From Longimicrobiales bacterium (lineage in GTDB: Bacteria; Gemmatimonadota; Gemmatimonadetes; Longimicrobiales; Gaopeijiaceae): 64,000 nucleotides of DNA. The translations under genes and the position numbers were made by a program. Location: assembly GCA_963664435.2 (NCBI GenBank), contig CAXXKM010000001.1, positions 1,408,001 through 1,472,000 of the forward strand. The letters run 5' to 3'. Under the pieces are notes generated by a model. That model was not told the DNA's origin. It worked only from the letters and a program-made list of their open reading frames with translations, and searched no databases. Positions 19,666-29,740 of this stretch are shown piece by piece. Position 1 is the stretch's first letter. Every line of letters starts with the position of its first letter.

Positions 19666-19889
19666 CGAGTGGCGACCTCGCCCAAGGCGCGAAGCTCGTG
19701 ATCGAGAACCGTCTCAACCTTCCATCGCTCCACACCCTGAAACCATTCCAGAAACTCGTCGATCGAGGCGCCAGCCTTCAGGTTCTCGAAAAGGGCGGCG
19801 ACGGGCACGCGTGTCCCCTTGAATACCCATGCGCCGCTGACCCGAAAGGGGTGGCGTTCCACCGCGGGGCAGGTGTCCCAGTTTGCCAT
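19662..19889 (-). CDS. DUF433 antitoxin
   Basis: VSGAWVFKGTRVPVAALFENLKAGASIDEFLEWF; 4-nt overlap with the PIN gene. Confidence 0.9.
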   Translation of the reverse strand: MANWDTCPAVERHPFRVSGAWVFKGTRVPVAALFENLKAGASIDEFLEWFQGVERWKVETVLDHELRALGEVATR

Positions 19890-20052
19890 AACGACCTCCA
19901 ATTCCGATCTGATGCGTTTGGTGCCCCCACCGCGCCGCCCTGTCTCAGTAGCGTTAATGTGTGGCCCGCTGGCCGGGGTCACAACGAGGGCCGTCTTACC
20001 TGAGGCGTCTTGATGCTTGATCTCGTCGAGCGGCAGATGGGCTGAGGTCGGG

Positions 20053-20190
20053 TCACTCCTCGACCAGCCGGAGGCGCCTGCGCAGTTCCTCGAGATCTAC
20101 GGCGTTGCCCTTCCCCGCGTCGGCCCGGGCCATGGCTTCCCTCAGTCTCTGCGCGTTCTTCGGCGAGCGAAGAAGGTAGTCCGTCTCCAT
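20053..20190 (-). pseudogene. C-terminal half of a YefM-type antitoxin
   Basis: Manual translation METDYLLRSPKNAQRLREAMARADAGKGNAVDLEELRRRLRLVEE*; ETxYLLRSPxNAxRL is the YefM C-terminal signature; no N-terminal domain and no YoeB gene. Confidence 0.75.
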
Positions 20191-20200
20191 CCACGCCCAC

Positions 20201-23200
20201 TCACGACACCAGCCCAGCCCCCTCCTCGAGCACGATCTCCTCCATCCCCAGCCGCCTCAGCTCGGCGTTGACCTCGGCCAGCTCGTCCTCCCAGACGGTC
20301 TGGAGCCGACTCAGGTGGCCCTCGAGGCGCTCCACCATGATCTCGTAGACCGCGTACATGCCGCTCCCGGGGCGCCCGTCGCCCTGCTCGGACATTGACA
20401 GCAGGTTGGCCAGGCGGTTGTTCACCCGGATGGGAAAGTTGAGGGGATCCTGGTTGGACTGGTTGCGTACCTGGTAGATGTCCGCCTCCACCGCCGACAC
20501 GCTCTCCCGCAGGCGGTCGCTTGCGCCGGCCAGCCGCTCATCGTCCGACGTCTCCAGCCGCTCGTACAGTTGGGCCTTCATGTTCCGGATCGCGATCACG
20601 GCCGAGTTGGCCTGGTGCACCCGGTCCCGGATCTCGACCCCGAACTCGTACTGGGCGACCAGATCCTCCTCGGTGACGTCGGTGATCCAGGGGTGGCGGC
20701 GCACCTCCACCTCGGTGGTTTCGCTGCGGCCGTCGGCCGTGAGCCGCGCCGTGTACGTGCCCGGCGGGACGGCGGGCGCCATCGTACGCACGCCCCAGAG
20801 GATCATCCCCGGGAAGGTCGCGGGCGGATCCGTTCGCAGGTCCCAGCGCAGCCGGTTCAGTCCGGCGTCCATCGGCAGAGCCGGACCCGCCCAGCGATCC
20901 CGCTCCTCGCCTTCCGCCGCCGGCGCGAATGTGCGCACCACCTCGCCCGACGCGTTCACGATCTCCAGCGTCGCCTCCCCGGGCTCATCGGCAAGCCACC
21001 ATGACAGCACCACCCCGTTCGCGGAGCGGTACGCGGCGGCGGGCTCGAACAGCACCAGGTCCCGGTCCGTCATCCCCGGCTGGATCTGCCGCAGCGGCGC
21101 GACGTTGTCGAGGATCCAGAAGCCACGCCCGTGGCTCGCCATCGCCAACTCGTCGTGCTCGGGGATCACATCCGTGATCGGGATGTCGGGCAGATCCGGG
21201 TTCAGCTCCTGCCAGGAACCGCCGTCATCGTAGGAGATGTAGACGCCGTGGTTGGTGCCGGCGAAGAGCAGTCCCGCCCGGTTCGGGTCCTCGCGGATGG
21301 AGTTCACGTAGGCATCGTCCCGGATTCCGTCAACGATTCGGGTCCAGGTCGCTCCGAAATCATCGGTTTTCCATATATGGGGCCGAAAATCATCGAGCAG
21401 CGCGCGCCGCGCCGAGACATATGCCCGCCCCGCGTCGAACGCCGAGGCGTCGATGAGGCTCACGCGCCCGAAGTCGGGCATGTCGGGGGGCGTCACGTTG
21501 GCCCAGCTCTCGCCGCCGTCGCGCGTCACGTGCACGAGCCCGTCATCGGACCCCGTCCAGGTCACGTCGATGTCGACCTTGCCGGGACCCACGGCGAAGA
21601 TCGTCGCATAGACCTCGGGGCCGTTCATGTCGCCGGTGATGGGGCCGCCGGACCGCCCCAGCGTCATGGGGTCGGCACGGGTGAGGTCGGGGCTCAGGAC
21701 GTCCCAGTTGGTGCCGCCGTCGGTGGTCCGCCAGAGCCGGTTCGACGACGCGTACAGCACGTTGGGATCGATGGGCGAAAAGATGATGGGAAAGGTCCAC
21801 TGCCACCGTTCGACCATGTCCAGGGCCGGCTCCCCGGAGTAGAACCAGGGGTAGGGATTGACCTCGCGCGAAGTGCCCAGGCGCCGGTTGAACCTGTCGA
21901 TGTATCGGCCGTTGTTGGTGCCCGAGAAGAAGACGTCGAGGTCCTTGGGGTCGGGCGCGATGTAACCCGGCTCTCCGCCCCCGGCCACGTAGTGCACCCC
22001 CATCGAGCCTTCGGTGATCGCGGGTGCCCGGGCGCCCGAGTCGCCGGCGGTGTCGGCCAGCGCCGACGCGAAGCGCCCCGCGTTCCAGTCCGACGGCAGG
22101 CAGAGCGTGCTGTTGTCCTGCTGCGACCCGCAGATGTGGAAGGGGATGTGCGCCGTCGTGACGCCGTGGTAGAACTGCGCCGTGGAGAATTCCTGGTCGG
22201 TCCAGTCGCTGCCTGTGGCGTAGCTGACCGCGCCGCCGCCGTCGTTCGCGACCACCACGTGCGCGGGGTCGTCGGGATCGATCCAGAAGTCGTGGAAGTC
22301 GACGTGGGTGCCGTTGTTGATGACCTCGTAGGTGGCGCCGCCATCCGTCGAGCGGAAGAACGAGGTGTTCTGCACGTAGACCACGTCCTCGTCGTGGTGG
22401 TCCGCGAAGACGTGCGTGTAGTAGAAGGCGCGCTGCCGGATGCGCCGCTCGTCGTTGATGAGCTCCCACGTGGCGCCCGCGTCGTCCGAGCGGAAGAGGC
22501 CCCCGTCGTCGTGCTCGAAGAGGGCGTAGACACGGTTCGAATTCGCGCTCGAGACCGCCACCCCGATCCGGCCCACGACGCCCTCGGGCGGCATCCCCGG
22601 GTTTCGGGTCATCTCGGTCCACGTGCTCCCGCCGTCGACGCTCTTGAACATGCCGCTGCCCGGCCCGCCGGACGACATCGTGTACTCCTTGCGGAAGGCC
22701 TCCCAGAGCGACGCGTAGAGCACCTCCGGATTGTTGCGGTCGATCACGAGGTCGATGGCGCCGGTGCGCTCGTCGCGGAAGAGGACCCGCTCCCAGCTGT
22801 CTCCGCCGTCGGTGCTCCTGAAGACGCCCCGCTCCTCGCTCGGCACGCCGTACTTCCCGAAGGACGCCACATAGACGATGTCCGGATCGGTCGGATGAAT
22901 GCGGATCTTCGATATTCCGTGCGATTCCCGGAAGCCGATGTGCTCCCAGGTCTCGCCCCCGTCGCGGCTCCGGTAGACGCCGTCCCCGGGCAGGATGTTG
23001 CCGCGAATGCAGGTCTCGCCGGTGCCGATGAAGACGAGATCCGGGTCGGTCTCGCTGACCGCGACCGCGCCGATCGACGCCGTGCTGATCTGGAAATCGG
23101 TGACGGGATTCCAGTTCTCACCGCCGTCGATGGTCTTCCAAAGGCCGCCGCCGGTGGCGCCGAAGTAGGCTTCCTCGGGCCGGCCCCTGACGCCGGAGAC

Positions 23201-23461
23201 GGCGATGGAGCGACCGCCCCGGTCGGGACCGAGGTTGCGCCACGAGTAGCCGGCCAGGAAGGCCGAGTCGAGGACCACGGGTGTCTGGGCGTGGAGGGTG
23301 GATGCGAGCGGGCCCGGGCCCACCATGACCACGTCCATGATGTCCGCCATGATGTCCGCGAGAGACGAGACCCGCGCGCCGAACGGCGTGTCGGTCAGGG
23401 CGGGAGTAATTGCGGAGAGCGTCGCGACGAGTAGAATCGGCATGAATGGGAGGCGCTTCAC
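20201..23461 (-). CDS. Secreted BNR/Asp-box (VPS10/sortilin-like) beta-propeller glycosyl hydrolase
   Basis: WRNLGPDRGGRSIAVSG; repeated SxDGGxTW Asp-boxes; C-terminal helical region. Confidence 0.92.
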   Translation of the reverse strand: MKRLPFMPILLVATLSAITPALTDTPFGARVSSLADIMADIMDVVMVGPGPLASTLHAQTPVVLDSAFLAGYSWRNLGPDRGGRSIAVSGVRGRPEEAYFGATGGGLWKTIDGGENWNPVTDFQISTASIGAVAVSETDPDLVFIGTGETCIRGNILPGDGVYRSRDGGETWEHIGFRESHGISKIRIHPTDPDIVYVASFGKYGVPSEERGVFRSTDGGDSWERVLFRDERTGAIDLVIDRNNPEVLYASLWEAFRKEYTMSSGGPGSGMFKSVDGGSTWTEMTRNPGMPPEGVVGRIGVAVSSANSNRVYALFEHDDGGLFRSDDAGATWELINDERRIRQRAFYYTHVFADHHDEDVVYVQNTSFFRSTDGGATYEVINNGTHVDFHDFWIDPDDPAHVVVANDGGGAVSYATGSDWTDQEFSTAQFYHGVTTAHIPFHICGSQQDNSTLCLPSDWNAGRFASALADTAGDSGARAPAITEGSMGVHYVAGGGEPGYIAPDPKDLDVFFSGTNNGRYIDRFNRRLGTSREVNPYPWFYSGEPALDMVERWQWTFPIIFSPIDPNVLYASSNRLWRTTDGGTNWDVLSPDLTRADPMTLGRSGGPITGDMNGPEVYATIFAVGPGKVDIDVTWTGSDDGLVHVTRDGGESWANVTPPDMPDFGRVSLIDASAFDAGRAYVSARRALLDDFRPHIWKTDDFGATWTRIVDGIRDDAYVNSIREDPNRAGLLFAGTNHGVYISYDDGGSWQELNPDLPDIPITDVIPEHDELAMASHGRGFWILDNVAPLRQIQPGMTDRDLVLFEPAAAYRSANGVVLSWWLADEPGEATLEIVNASGEVVRTFAPAAEGEERDRWAGPALPMDAGLNRLRWDLRTDPPATFPGMILWGVRTMAPAVPPGTYTARLTADGRSETTEVEVRRHPWITDVTEEDLVAQYEFGVEIRDRVHQANSAVIAIRNMKAQLYERLETSDDERLAGASDRLRESVSAVEADIYQVRNQSNQDPLNFPIRVNNRLANLLSMSEQGDGRPGSGMYAVYEIMVERLEGHLSRLQTVWEDELAEVNAELRRLGMEEIVLEEGAGLVS

Positions 23462-23669
23462 GGCAGCGTTTCCTGTGGGTTCTTGGGAGCAGGGATGGGC
23501 CGGGTCAAGCTACCGGGGCGACGGAGGATGCAACAAGCGGGCGGGTGGCGGATCTCCGATTCCTGTTGCTCCCTTCCGCCCGTTTTTCGTACTCTATGGC
23601 CATGATCGCGCCTCGATTTCCCGACACCGGAGCACCACACTCAACGAGACTCGCACACGCCGCCGGTCG

Positions 23670-24365
23670 ATGAACGGCGACCGCATCAGACCGCGCGACA
23701 TTCGGAATGTCCCCGCCTACACCTTCCTCGAGGGCGCGCGCTACCTCGGCATCCCACCCGCGACCCTCAGGTATTGGGTGCTTGGCCCCAGCCCCGGCCG
23801 CGGCAACGAATCGGCGGTTTCCCAGCCGCTTATCCACGCGCCCGCCGGAGCCAGGAATCGGCTGTCCTTCAACAACCTCGTGGAGGCGCACGTCCTTCGC
23901 GCACTCCGCACCGTTCATCGGGTCAAGATGACGGCGGTGCGTGATGCCCTGTCATTCGCCGAGGCAGAACTCGGAATCGATCGTCTCCTGCTCAGAGACG
24001 AACTGCGTACGTCCGGCCAGGAAATCCTGCTTGAGCGTCTTGGCCAGTTGATCTCGCTGTCGAAATCAGGTCAACTGGCGCTACGCCGGATTCTCGCAGA
24101 ATACCTGAAGCGGGTTGAGCGAGATGAAAGCGCGCTCCCGTTCAGGCTCTATCCGCTGCCGCCTGGTTGGTCCAAGGAACGGAAGACCATAGTCATCGAT
24201 CCACGGATCTCATTTGGTCGCCCAACTATCGCGGGATCCGGCATCTCAACCGAGGCGCTGATCTCCCGGATTGACGCTGGAGAGACGGTCGACGCGCTTG
24301 CCGAGGATTATGGCCTCCGAACCACCCAGATTCACGATGCCGTGCTCTACGAAAAAGCGGCTTGA
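23670..24365 (+). CDS. HTH + DUF433 antitoxin (VapB45-like)
   Basis: PAYTFLEGARYLGIPPATLRYW, LSFNNLVEAHVL, IVIDPRISFGRPTI...AGETVDALAEDY. Confidence 0.9.
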   Translation: MNGDRIRPRDIRNVPAYTFLEGARYLGIPPATLRYWVLGPSPGRGNESAVSQPLIHAPAGARNRLSFNNLVEAHVLRALRTVHRVKMTAVRDALSFAEAELGIDRLLLRDELRTSGQEILLERLGQLISLSKSGQLALRRILAEYLKRVERDESALPFRLYPLPPGWSKERKTIVIDPRISFGRPTIAGSGISTEALISRIDAGETVDALAEDYGLRTTQIHDAVLYEKAA

Positions 24366-24802
24366 CCAGGGTCTTCTTCGTTGATCGGGATCTAGGGCGC
24401 CGAATTCTGCCGGACGCACTTGAGCGCGCAGGTCTTGCCGTCGAACGGCACGACCTTCATTTCGCGCCCGACACTCCAGATGAAGTGTGGATTCCTCGTG
24501 TGGCGCAACAGGGCTGGGTGATCGTTTCTGGCGACAAGAGGATCCTTCGACGTCCACGAGAGGTCCGGGCGCTGGTGAAATCCCAGGCCCGGATGCTCAT
24601 TCTGGTCGGTAACCACGCTCCCGCAGGCGAACTCGCGGCCAACCTCATCAACACGATGCCGAAGATCGAGAAGCTGCTGGACGAACTGCAGGCTCCTGCC
24701 GTTGTCAGAGTCTATCGGCCCACGCCGCGGGAGCTGGTCTTCGAAGGCAAGCCCGGCAGAGTTCAACCCAAGACGCTCGGCGAACCGGAGCGATTCAGTT
24801 GA
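24362..24802 (+). CDS. VapC45-like PIN toxin
   Basis: FFVDRDLG, PDEVWI, WVIVSGDKRI; 4-nt overlap with the antitoxin. Confidence 0.88.
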   Translation: MTRVFFVDRDLGRRILPDALERAGLAVERHDLHFAPDTPDEVWIPRVAQQGWVIVSGDKRILRRPREVRALVKSQARMLILVGNHAPAGELAANLINTMPKIEKLLDELQAPAVVRVYRPTPRELVFEGKPGRVQPKTLGEPERFS

Positions 24803-24812
24803 CCCGGCCCAC

Positions 24813-25220
24813 CTAACTGATCTGGTAGTCCAGCGCCAGCGTGTGCTTACCGTCCTCATCCACGTGGATCTCCACGGTGCCCGACAGGCCCGCCAACCCG
24901 CCCGTCCCGGACCCCGGCACTACATGGCCGGCGGTGCTCGGCGGGGCTCCGGCCTCGGCGATCCCCCAGTGATGGAGCACGAACGTGCCCTCCCGCCCAC
25001 CGAGCGTGCCCCTGACCTGTTCCGACGCGATGTATCCCGCGTTCTCCAGCGGGCCCTCGGCGCTGGCACGGCACATCAGCAGCCGCACGCGGCCTTCTCC
25101 ATCCAGATCGCCCTGGTAGCGCTTGACGACGCGCGCTTCCGAGAGGAACGGGCCTTTGCCTTCCTCACCGTCGGGCACGGCATCCCAGCCGGTGATTTCG
25201 AAACCGGAGACGGTCTTCAT
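24813..25220 (-). CDS. DUF3224 domain protein
   Basis: FEITGWD...KRYQGDLDG...GREGTFVLHH...VVPGSGTGGLAGLSG. Confidence 0.88.
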   Translation of the reverse strand: MKTVSGFEITGWDAVPDGEEGKGPFLSEARVVKRYQGDLDGEGRVRLLMCRASAEGPLENAGYIASEQVRGTLGGREGTFVLHHWGIAEAGAPPSTAGHVVPGSGTGGLAGLSGTVEIHVDEDGKHTLALDYQIS

Positions 25221-25325
25221 GTTTAGCAGTCCTTGGGAAGGGGCTTTGAGCTCGCTCCATGGCCTGCTCCCAATTGCCAGGCCGGAACGTGACCTCCGTC
25301 GCTCACCTCAAGATAACGTAGCCCG

Positions 25326-26078
25326 ATGATCACCTGGTCAGCGCGTCGCCCGACCCTCCAGCTTGTCGCTACGGCGTTCATCGGAGTTGTATTCGCTGTG
25401 CTCTCCGCCGGTTGCAGAAGCCTTCCGAGCGATACCGGCGAGGCCATGACCCTCCACTTCGATTTCGATGAGGGCCCTCACGGGTTCGTCGCGGGCTTCG
25501 CCGATTATCCTCCCGCCCATGAGGAGATCTACGAATTGACCGCCGGGCACCGTGCCCTGCCGGCGCCTCTGGAGTCGCAGTCCGGGCTGTTCATTTCCGG
25601 GGTCAACAGGAGCGACGATCTGTTCATGTTCTTCAAGGGATCCATCGATGGCCTGACTCCCGGGGCGAGCTATGGCGTCGAGGTCAGCGTTGAGATCGCG
25701 ACCAGCACGCCGGCCGGTTGCTTCGGCGTGGGAGGTGCGCCGGGCGAGAGCGTCTGGATCAAGGCCGGCGTGACCGCCGAAGAACCGGTCGCCGTCATGG
25801 AAGATTCCTACCTGCGCATGAACATCGACATCGGAAGCCAATCCAGCAGCGGCACGCAGGCGGTGGTGCTCGGCAACGTGGCCAACTCGCGGCCCTGCGA
25901 GCAGTCCCGTGAATGGGAGCTCAAGGGCCTGGAAAGTGAATCGACACTGGCAGGCATCTCGGTACCGGCCGATGGTCGGGTGTGGCTCCTGATCGGCGCC
26001 GATTCGGGATTCGAGAGCCGGACGGAGGTGTATTTCACGCGGGCGTCCGTCACGCTGACGCCGAGTCCGGGGGGGTGA
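25326..26078 (+). CDS. Hypothetical lipoprotein
   Basis: Lipobox SAGC; GFADYP, NRSDDLFMF, GADSGFE. Confidence 0.75.
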   Translation: MITWSARRPTLQLVATAFIGVVFAVLSAGCRSLPSDTGEAMTLHFDFDEGPHGFVAGFADYPPAHEEIYELTAGHRALPAPLESQSGLFISGVNRSDDLFMFFKGSIDGLTPGASYGVEVSVEIATSTPAGCFGVGGAPGESVWIKAGVTAEEPVAVMEDSYLRMNIDIGSQSSSGTQAVVLGNVANSRPCEQSREWELKGLESESTLAGISVPADGRVWLLIGADSGFESRTEVYFTRASVTLTPSPGG

Positions 26079-26093
26079 GGGCGCTGCCGCCCG

Positions 26094-26495
26094 ATGGAAG
26101 GAATGGCTGAGGGACCTTCGGGAAAGATGGTCGTGGTCGTCGGCGACATCACGAAGCCCGCGGTTGACGCGATCGTCAATGCGGCGAACCGGTCGCTACT
26201 GGGGTTGGCGGGGTGGACGGCGCCATCCACAGGGCGGCCGGGCTGGACCTGCTCAAGGAATGCGGTGCCTTGGGAGGATGCGACACGGGCGACGCGAAGA
26301 TCACGGGTGGGTACCGCTTGCCGGCGGCTCACGTCATCCACACCGTCGGACCGGTTGGGTCTGGTGGGGACGCGGACGAGGATCACCTCCTGGCTCGGTG
26401 CTATCGTCGGTCTCTGGAGGTTGCTGTAGAGAACGGTGTGCGGAAGATGGCCCTTCCGGCGATCTTGACCGGAGTCTACGGATTTCCGGTTGAGG
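26094..26495 (+). pseudogene. Macrodomain O-acetyl-ADP-ribose deacetylase (YmdB-like), frameshifted
   Basis: [21 protein letters not shown] in one frame and [10 protein letters not shown]...VIHTVGP...[13 protein letters not shown] in the next; shift within the Gly loop near 26205; 3' end decayed. Confidence 0.88.
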
Positions 26496-26869
26496 GGCTG
26501 CGTCTGCGCGTGGCGCGCGGAGGCGGGAAGTGCGGAGCGCGCAGCGTCCGCGAGGGACGGGTGCCCCCTGCGCCTCCTATCGTTTCGGGCGCGGCGGGAG
26601 CGACTGCGAGAGTGTCGCGAGGAGGACGAGCGGCTTGAGTGCGGAATGCACCACGGCGGCCATCCTAGGATTCCGCGGAGTATCAAATCGACGCGCTCAA
26701 GCTACCCGGAGCCTGAAGTGCACGACAAGCGGTTCGCGGGCATATGGCGAGTCCCACAGTTCACACGCGTCGTTGACGTTGCTTGCGAGACAACGGCCCC
26801 GTTAGGGTACAATGATTCCCCCACCGACGGAGGAGGATTCTCAAGACGGGTGAACGACCGAGATACGCC

Positions 26870-27082
26870 ATGACTTCCGGCGACATCCGTGACGCGCCGG
26901 CCTACACTTTCCCGGCGGCAGCCCGACACTTGGGGATTCCAACGGCCACCCTCCGCTCTTGGGTGCTGGGCAGGACCTTCCGGCGGGGCGGAGAAGTGGT
27001 GGTGACCGAACCTCTGATCCGAGCCCCGGCAGGAAAGAGCAACCTCATCTCCTTCAACAACCTCCTTCCCGGTGCCCGATAG
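26870..27082 (+). pseudogene. Truncated paralog of the VapB45-like antitoxin (HTH part only)
   Basis: DIRDAPAYTFPAAARHLGIPTATLRSWVLG...PLIRAPAG...ISFNNL matches the N-terminus of 23670..24365, then breaks. Confidence 0.85.
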
Positions 27083-27698
27083 CGTCTTGCCGCAGCACCG
27101 GACGAAATACGAGTGGTACGCGCGGCAGTCCTTCCACTACGGCACCCAGGCGGCATTGGCCGACAACCCGCGGGTGAAGGCCTACTATGGGAAGGTTAAG
27201 AACCGCTACGACGAGTGCCTGTTCTTTCTCCGGCGGCGCACAGACTGTACCGTCAGCCGGGAGGATTGACCGCCTTGGGCATGATAGTGAACCCCTGCTC
27301 GCATGGACCTTCATCACCGGCGCGAACGGGACGAGGTTCCCGAGGAGGCTCCTCGTTCTCCTCCGCGCCGACCCCGGCACGGAAACCCAGGGGTCCAAGG
27401 GGGACGGGGTCTCCCCTTGCCAGACCGCGACGTTCAACGTCGCGTCGGGTGGCTGAAGTTGCCTTACGAGCACGCGAGCCTGCGCTTGGCTCGGGGTTCT
27501 GAGACAGTGAGCAGGATCTGGATCTCTTCGCTACTCCGGTCAGGTTTGCTTATCTTGGAGCCGTCACCGAGGTCCGCTACGGTTTCCTCAGAGAAAATCC
27601 TTGGGAAACGGCGGCTGGCCGCACATCCTTCGCCAACTTCCGGACGGATTGAATGCGAGACGAGTCTCCTTGCAGCCTTGGGAATGGCCGGTGACCGG

Positions 27699-28589
27699 AT
27701 GAGTTCTCCGTCTACCGGTGGCCGTGTCATTCTGTCGGACAACCTCCCGGTTCTTCAGGCCATGAATGCCGAGAGCGTGGGGCTGATCTACGTCGATCCC
27801 CCGTTCAATACCGGCAAGATCCAGAGTCGTACCCGAATCCGAGTCGAGCGCGACAAGGACGGCGACCGCACGGGCTTCCAGGGAACTCGCTACCGAACCG
27901 AAGTCGTCGGGCGGAGCGGCTACGATGACCGCCATGATGACTACATAGGCTTCCTAGAGCCCCGCCTCCGGGAGGCCTACCGAATTCTGGAGCCGACCGG
28001 TTCCTTCTTCCTCCACATCGACTACCGTGAGGCCCACTACTGCAAGGTTCTTCTCGACCAGATCTTCGACCGAGCGTCGTTCATGAACGAGATCATCTGG
28101 GCCTACGACTACGGTGCCCGCTCGAAGCGGAAGTGGTCGGCCAAGCACGACACGATCTTCTGGTACGCGAGGGACCCCACCGCGTACACCTTCAACTTCG
28201 ACGAGATGGATCGGATTCCCTACATGGCTCCGGGTTTGGTCGGAAAGGAGAAGGCCGCCCGGGGCAAGACTCCCACCGATGTGTGGTGGCACACCATCGT
28301 GAGCCCAACCGGGCGAGAGAAGACTGGATACCCCACCCAAAAACCCCTGGGAATCTTGGAGCGCATCGTCAAAGTCCACTCCAATCCTGGTGACACCGTA
28401 TTGGACTTCTTCGCGGGGAGCGGAACGGCGGGCGAAGCGGCAGCGCGCCACGGCCGGGACTACATACTGGTCGACTCGAATCCCGAGGCGGTGCGCGTCA
28501 TGGCCGAACGCTTGGCAGATTATGAGCCGGAGACCATCGGGTTTGACTGGAAACGCCCCGAACCGGCTCAACAGAGTCTGTTTGTCTGA
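27699..28589 (+). CDS. Site-specific DNA methyltransferase (N6A/N4C, beta class)
   Basis: Motif IV DPPF precedes motif I DFFAGSGT; YPTQKP. Confidence 0.95.
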   Translation: MSSPSTGGRVILSDNLPVLQAMNAESVGLIYVDPPFNTGKIQSRTRIRVERDKDGDRTGFQGTRYRTEVVGRSGYDDRHDDYIGFLEPRLREAYRILEPTGSFFLHIDYREAHYCKVLLDQIFDRASFMNEIIWAYDYGARSKRKWSAKHDTIFWYARDPTAYTFNFDEMDRIPYMAPGLVGKEKAARGKTPTDVWWHTIVSPTGREKTGYPTQKPLGILERIVKVHSNPGDTVLDFFAGSGTAGEAAARHGRDYILVDSNPEAVRVMAERLADYEPETIGFDWKRPEPAQQSLFV

Positions 28590-28617
28590 TGGTCTGTGAC
28601 CGCGAAGAGTCCGGGTG

Positions 28618-29172
28618 ATGATCACGGATCGTGAAGTGCAGTTGCTGGCCGCGTTGGCGGAGGGCTTGAGGACCGAATACCAGACCGAAGAGGATTTGAG
28701 CTGGTCGCAGAGCCCCTTCGGGTGGATCAAGTGGCAGGCCTCGCGGCGTAAAGGCGCGATCGGCGAGAAGCTGATCGCCGGATGGTGCGCGGCACGAGAC
28801 ATCAATGTGCTGCGATCCCCCGACGTGGAGGCAGATCGGATCTTGGAAGGGTTCCGAACCGAGATCAAGTTCTCAACCCTCTGGGCAAATCAGTCCTACA
28901 AGTTCCAGCAGATCCGAGATCAGGACTACGAACTCTTGATTTGCTTGGGTGTTTCCCCCTTTACGGCTCACGCCTGGGTCTTCGAGAAGGAGTTCCTGGT
29001 CTCGAATACCGGCCTGGTCCCTGGACTGTCCCATCAACACGGTGGCGCAGAGGGCCGCGACACGGCCTGGCTCAGCGTATCGCCAGCCGCTGTGCATCCC
29101 TGGCTGGATGCGTACGGCGGGGACCTGAGAACAGCGATGCAGCGACTACGGACGCTGGTCGGTTTACCGTAG
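28618..29172 (+). CDS. Putative type II restriction endonuclease, PD-(D/E)xK
   Basis: GAIGE...EADRIL...TEIKFSTLW...FQQIRDQDY; 28 bp downstream of the MTase. Confidence 0.75.
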   Translation: MITDREVQLLAALAEGLRTEYQTEEDLSWSQSPFGWIKWQASRRKGAIGEKLIAGWCAARDINVLRSPDVEADRILEGFRTEIKFSTLWANQSYKFQQIRDQDYELLICLGVSPFTAHAWVFEKEFLVSNTGLVPGLSHQHGGAEGRDTAWLSVSPAAVHPWLDAYGGDLRTAMQRLRTLVGLP

Positions 29173-29180
29173 GGTCTCGC

Positions 29181-29548
29181 GTGTCAACTGGGCTATACCG
29201 ACGAGTGATTGCGCCCGTGGCGAGGTTCTTTCAGTCGGCGGCCCCTCACGGTCCATCCGGCGGCACTCACGAAAGTCTCAAGTACCTCTACGTGATACCG
29301 CTCGACGAGGCAGTGTTGCGAGATCGGGAAGTTCAGGGAGAGGAACCCCGACTATCGGCGCGGAGGGTTTAGCCTCTTCAGGAAGCCATGCGTGTACGTT
29401 GGCCAGACTTGGCACGACCCTTGAAGTTCGCTTCCAGCAACACAAGGACGAGCACTTGAATCCGGTTCCCGCAGCAGAAGCGGAGGACTGGGAGGAGGAC
29501 TTTGCCGTCGATCTACGAAGGAGAGGCTACGGAGTGTGGTGGAACTGA
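29181..29548 (+). pseudogene. GIY-YIG-like nuclease remnant
   Basis: Across three frames: YLYVIPLDEAVLRDR / KFRERNPDY...KPCVYVGQTWHDP / EVRFQQHK...EEDFAVDLRRRGYGVWWN*; frameshifts near 29326 and 29421. Confidence 0.75.
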
Positions 29549-29740
29549 TAGCTCGGGCTCTCCAGTAGGCCACGAGCGTCCGGTTTACCGGTCGACGCCT
29601 AATCTGTGTTCCGTTTTCCCCGAGGGCCGCGCGCAGCGCGGTCCTGCCTTTGCCCCGAGCCACCGGCAGCGCCACGATCTGGGCCTCCGGAACCCCCTTG
29701 CCGCCTCATGGATCCCATTGGGGGCTAGATTAGCTGAATG

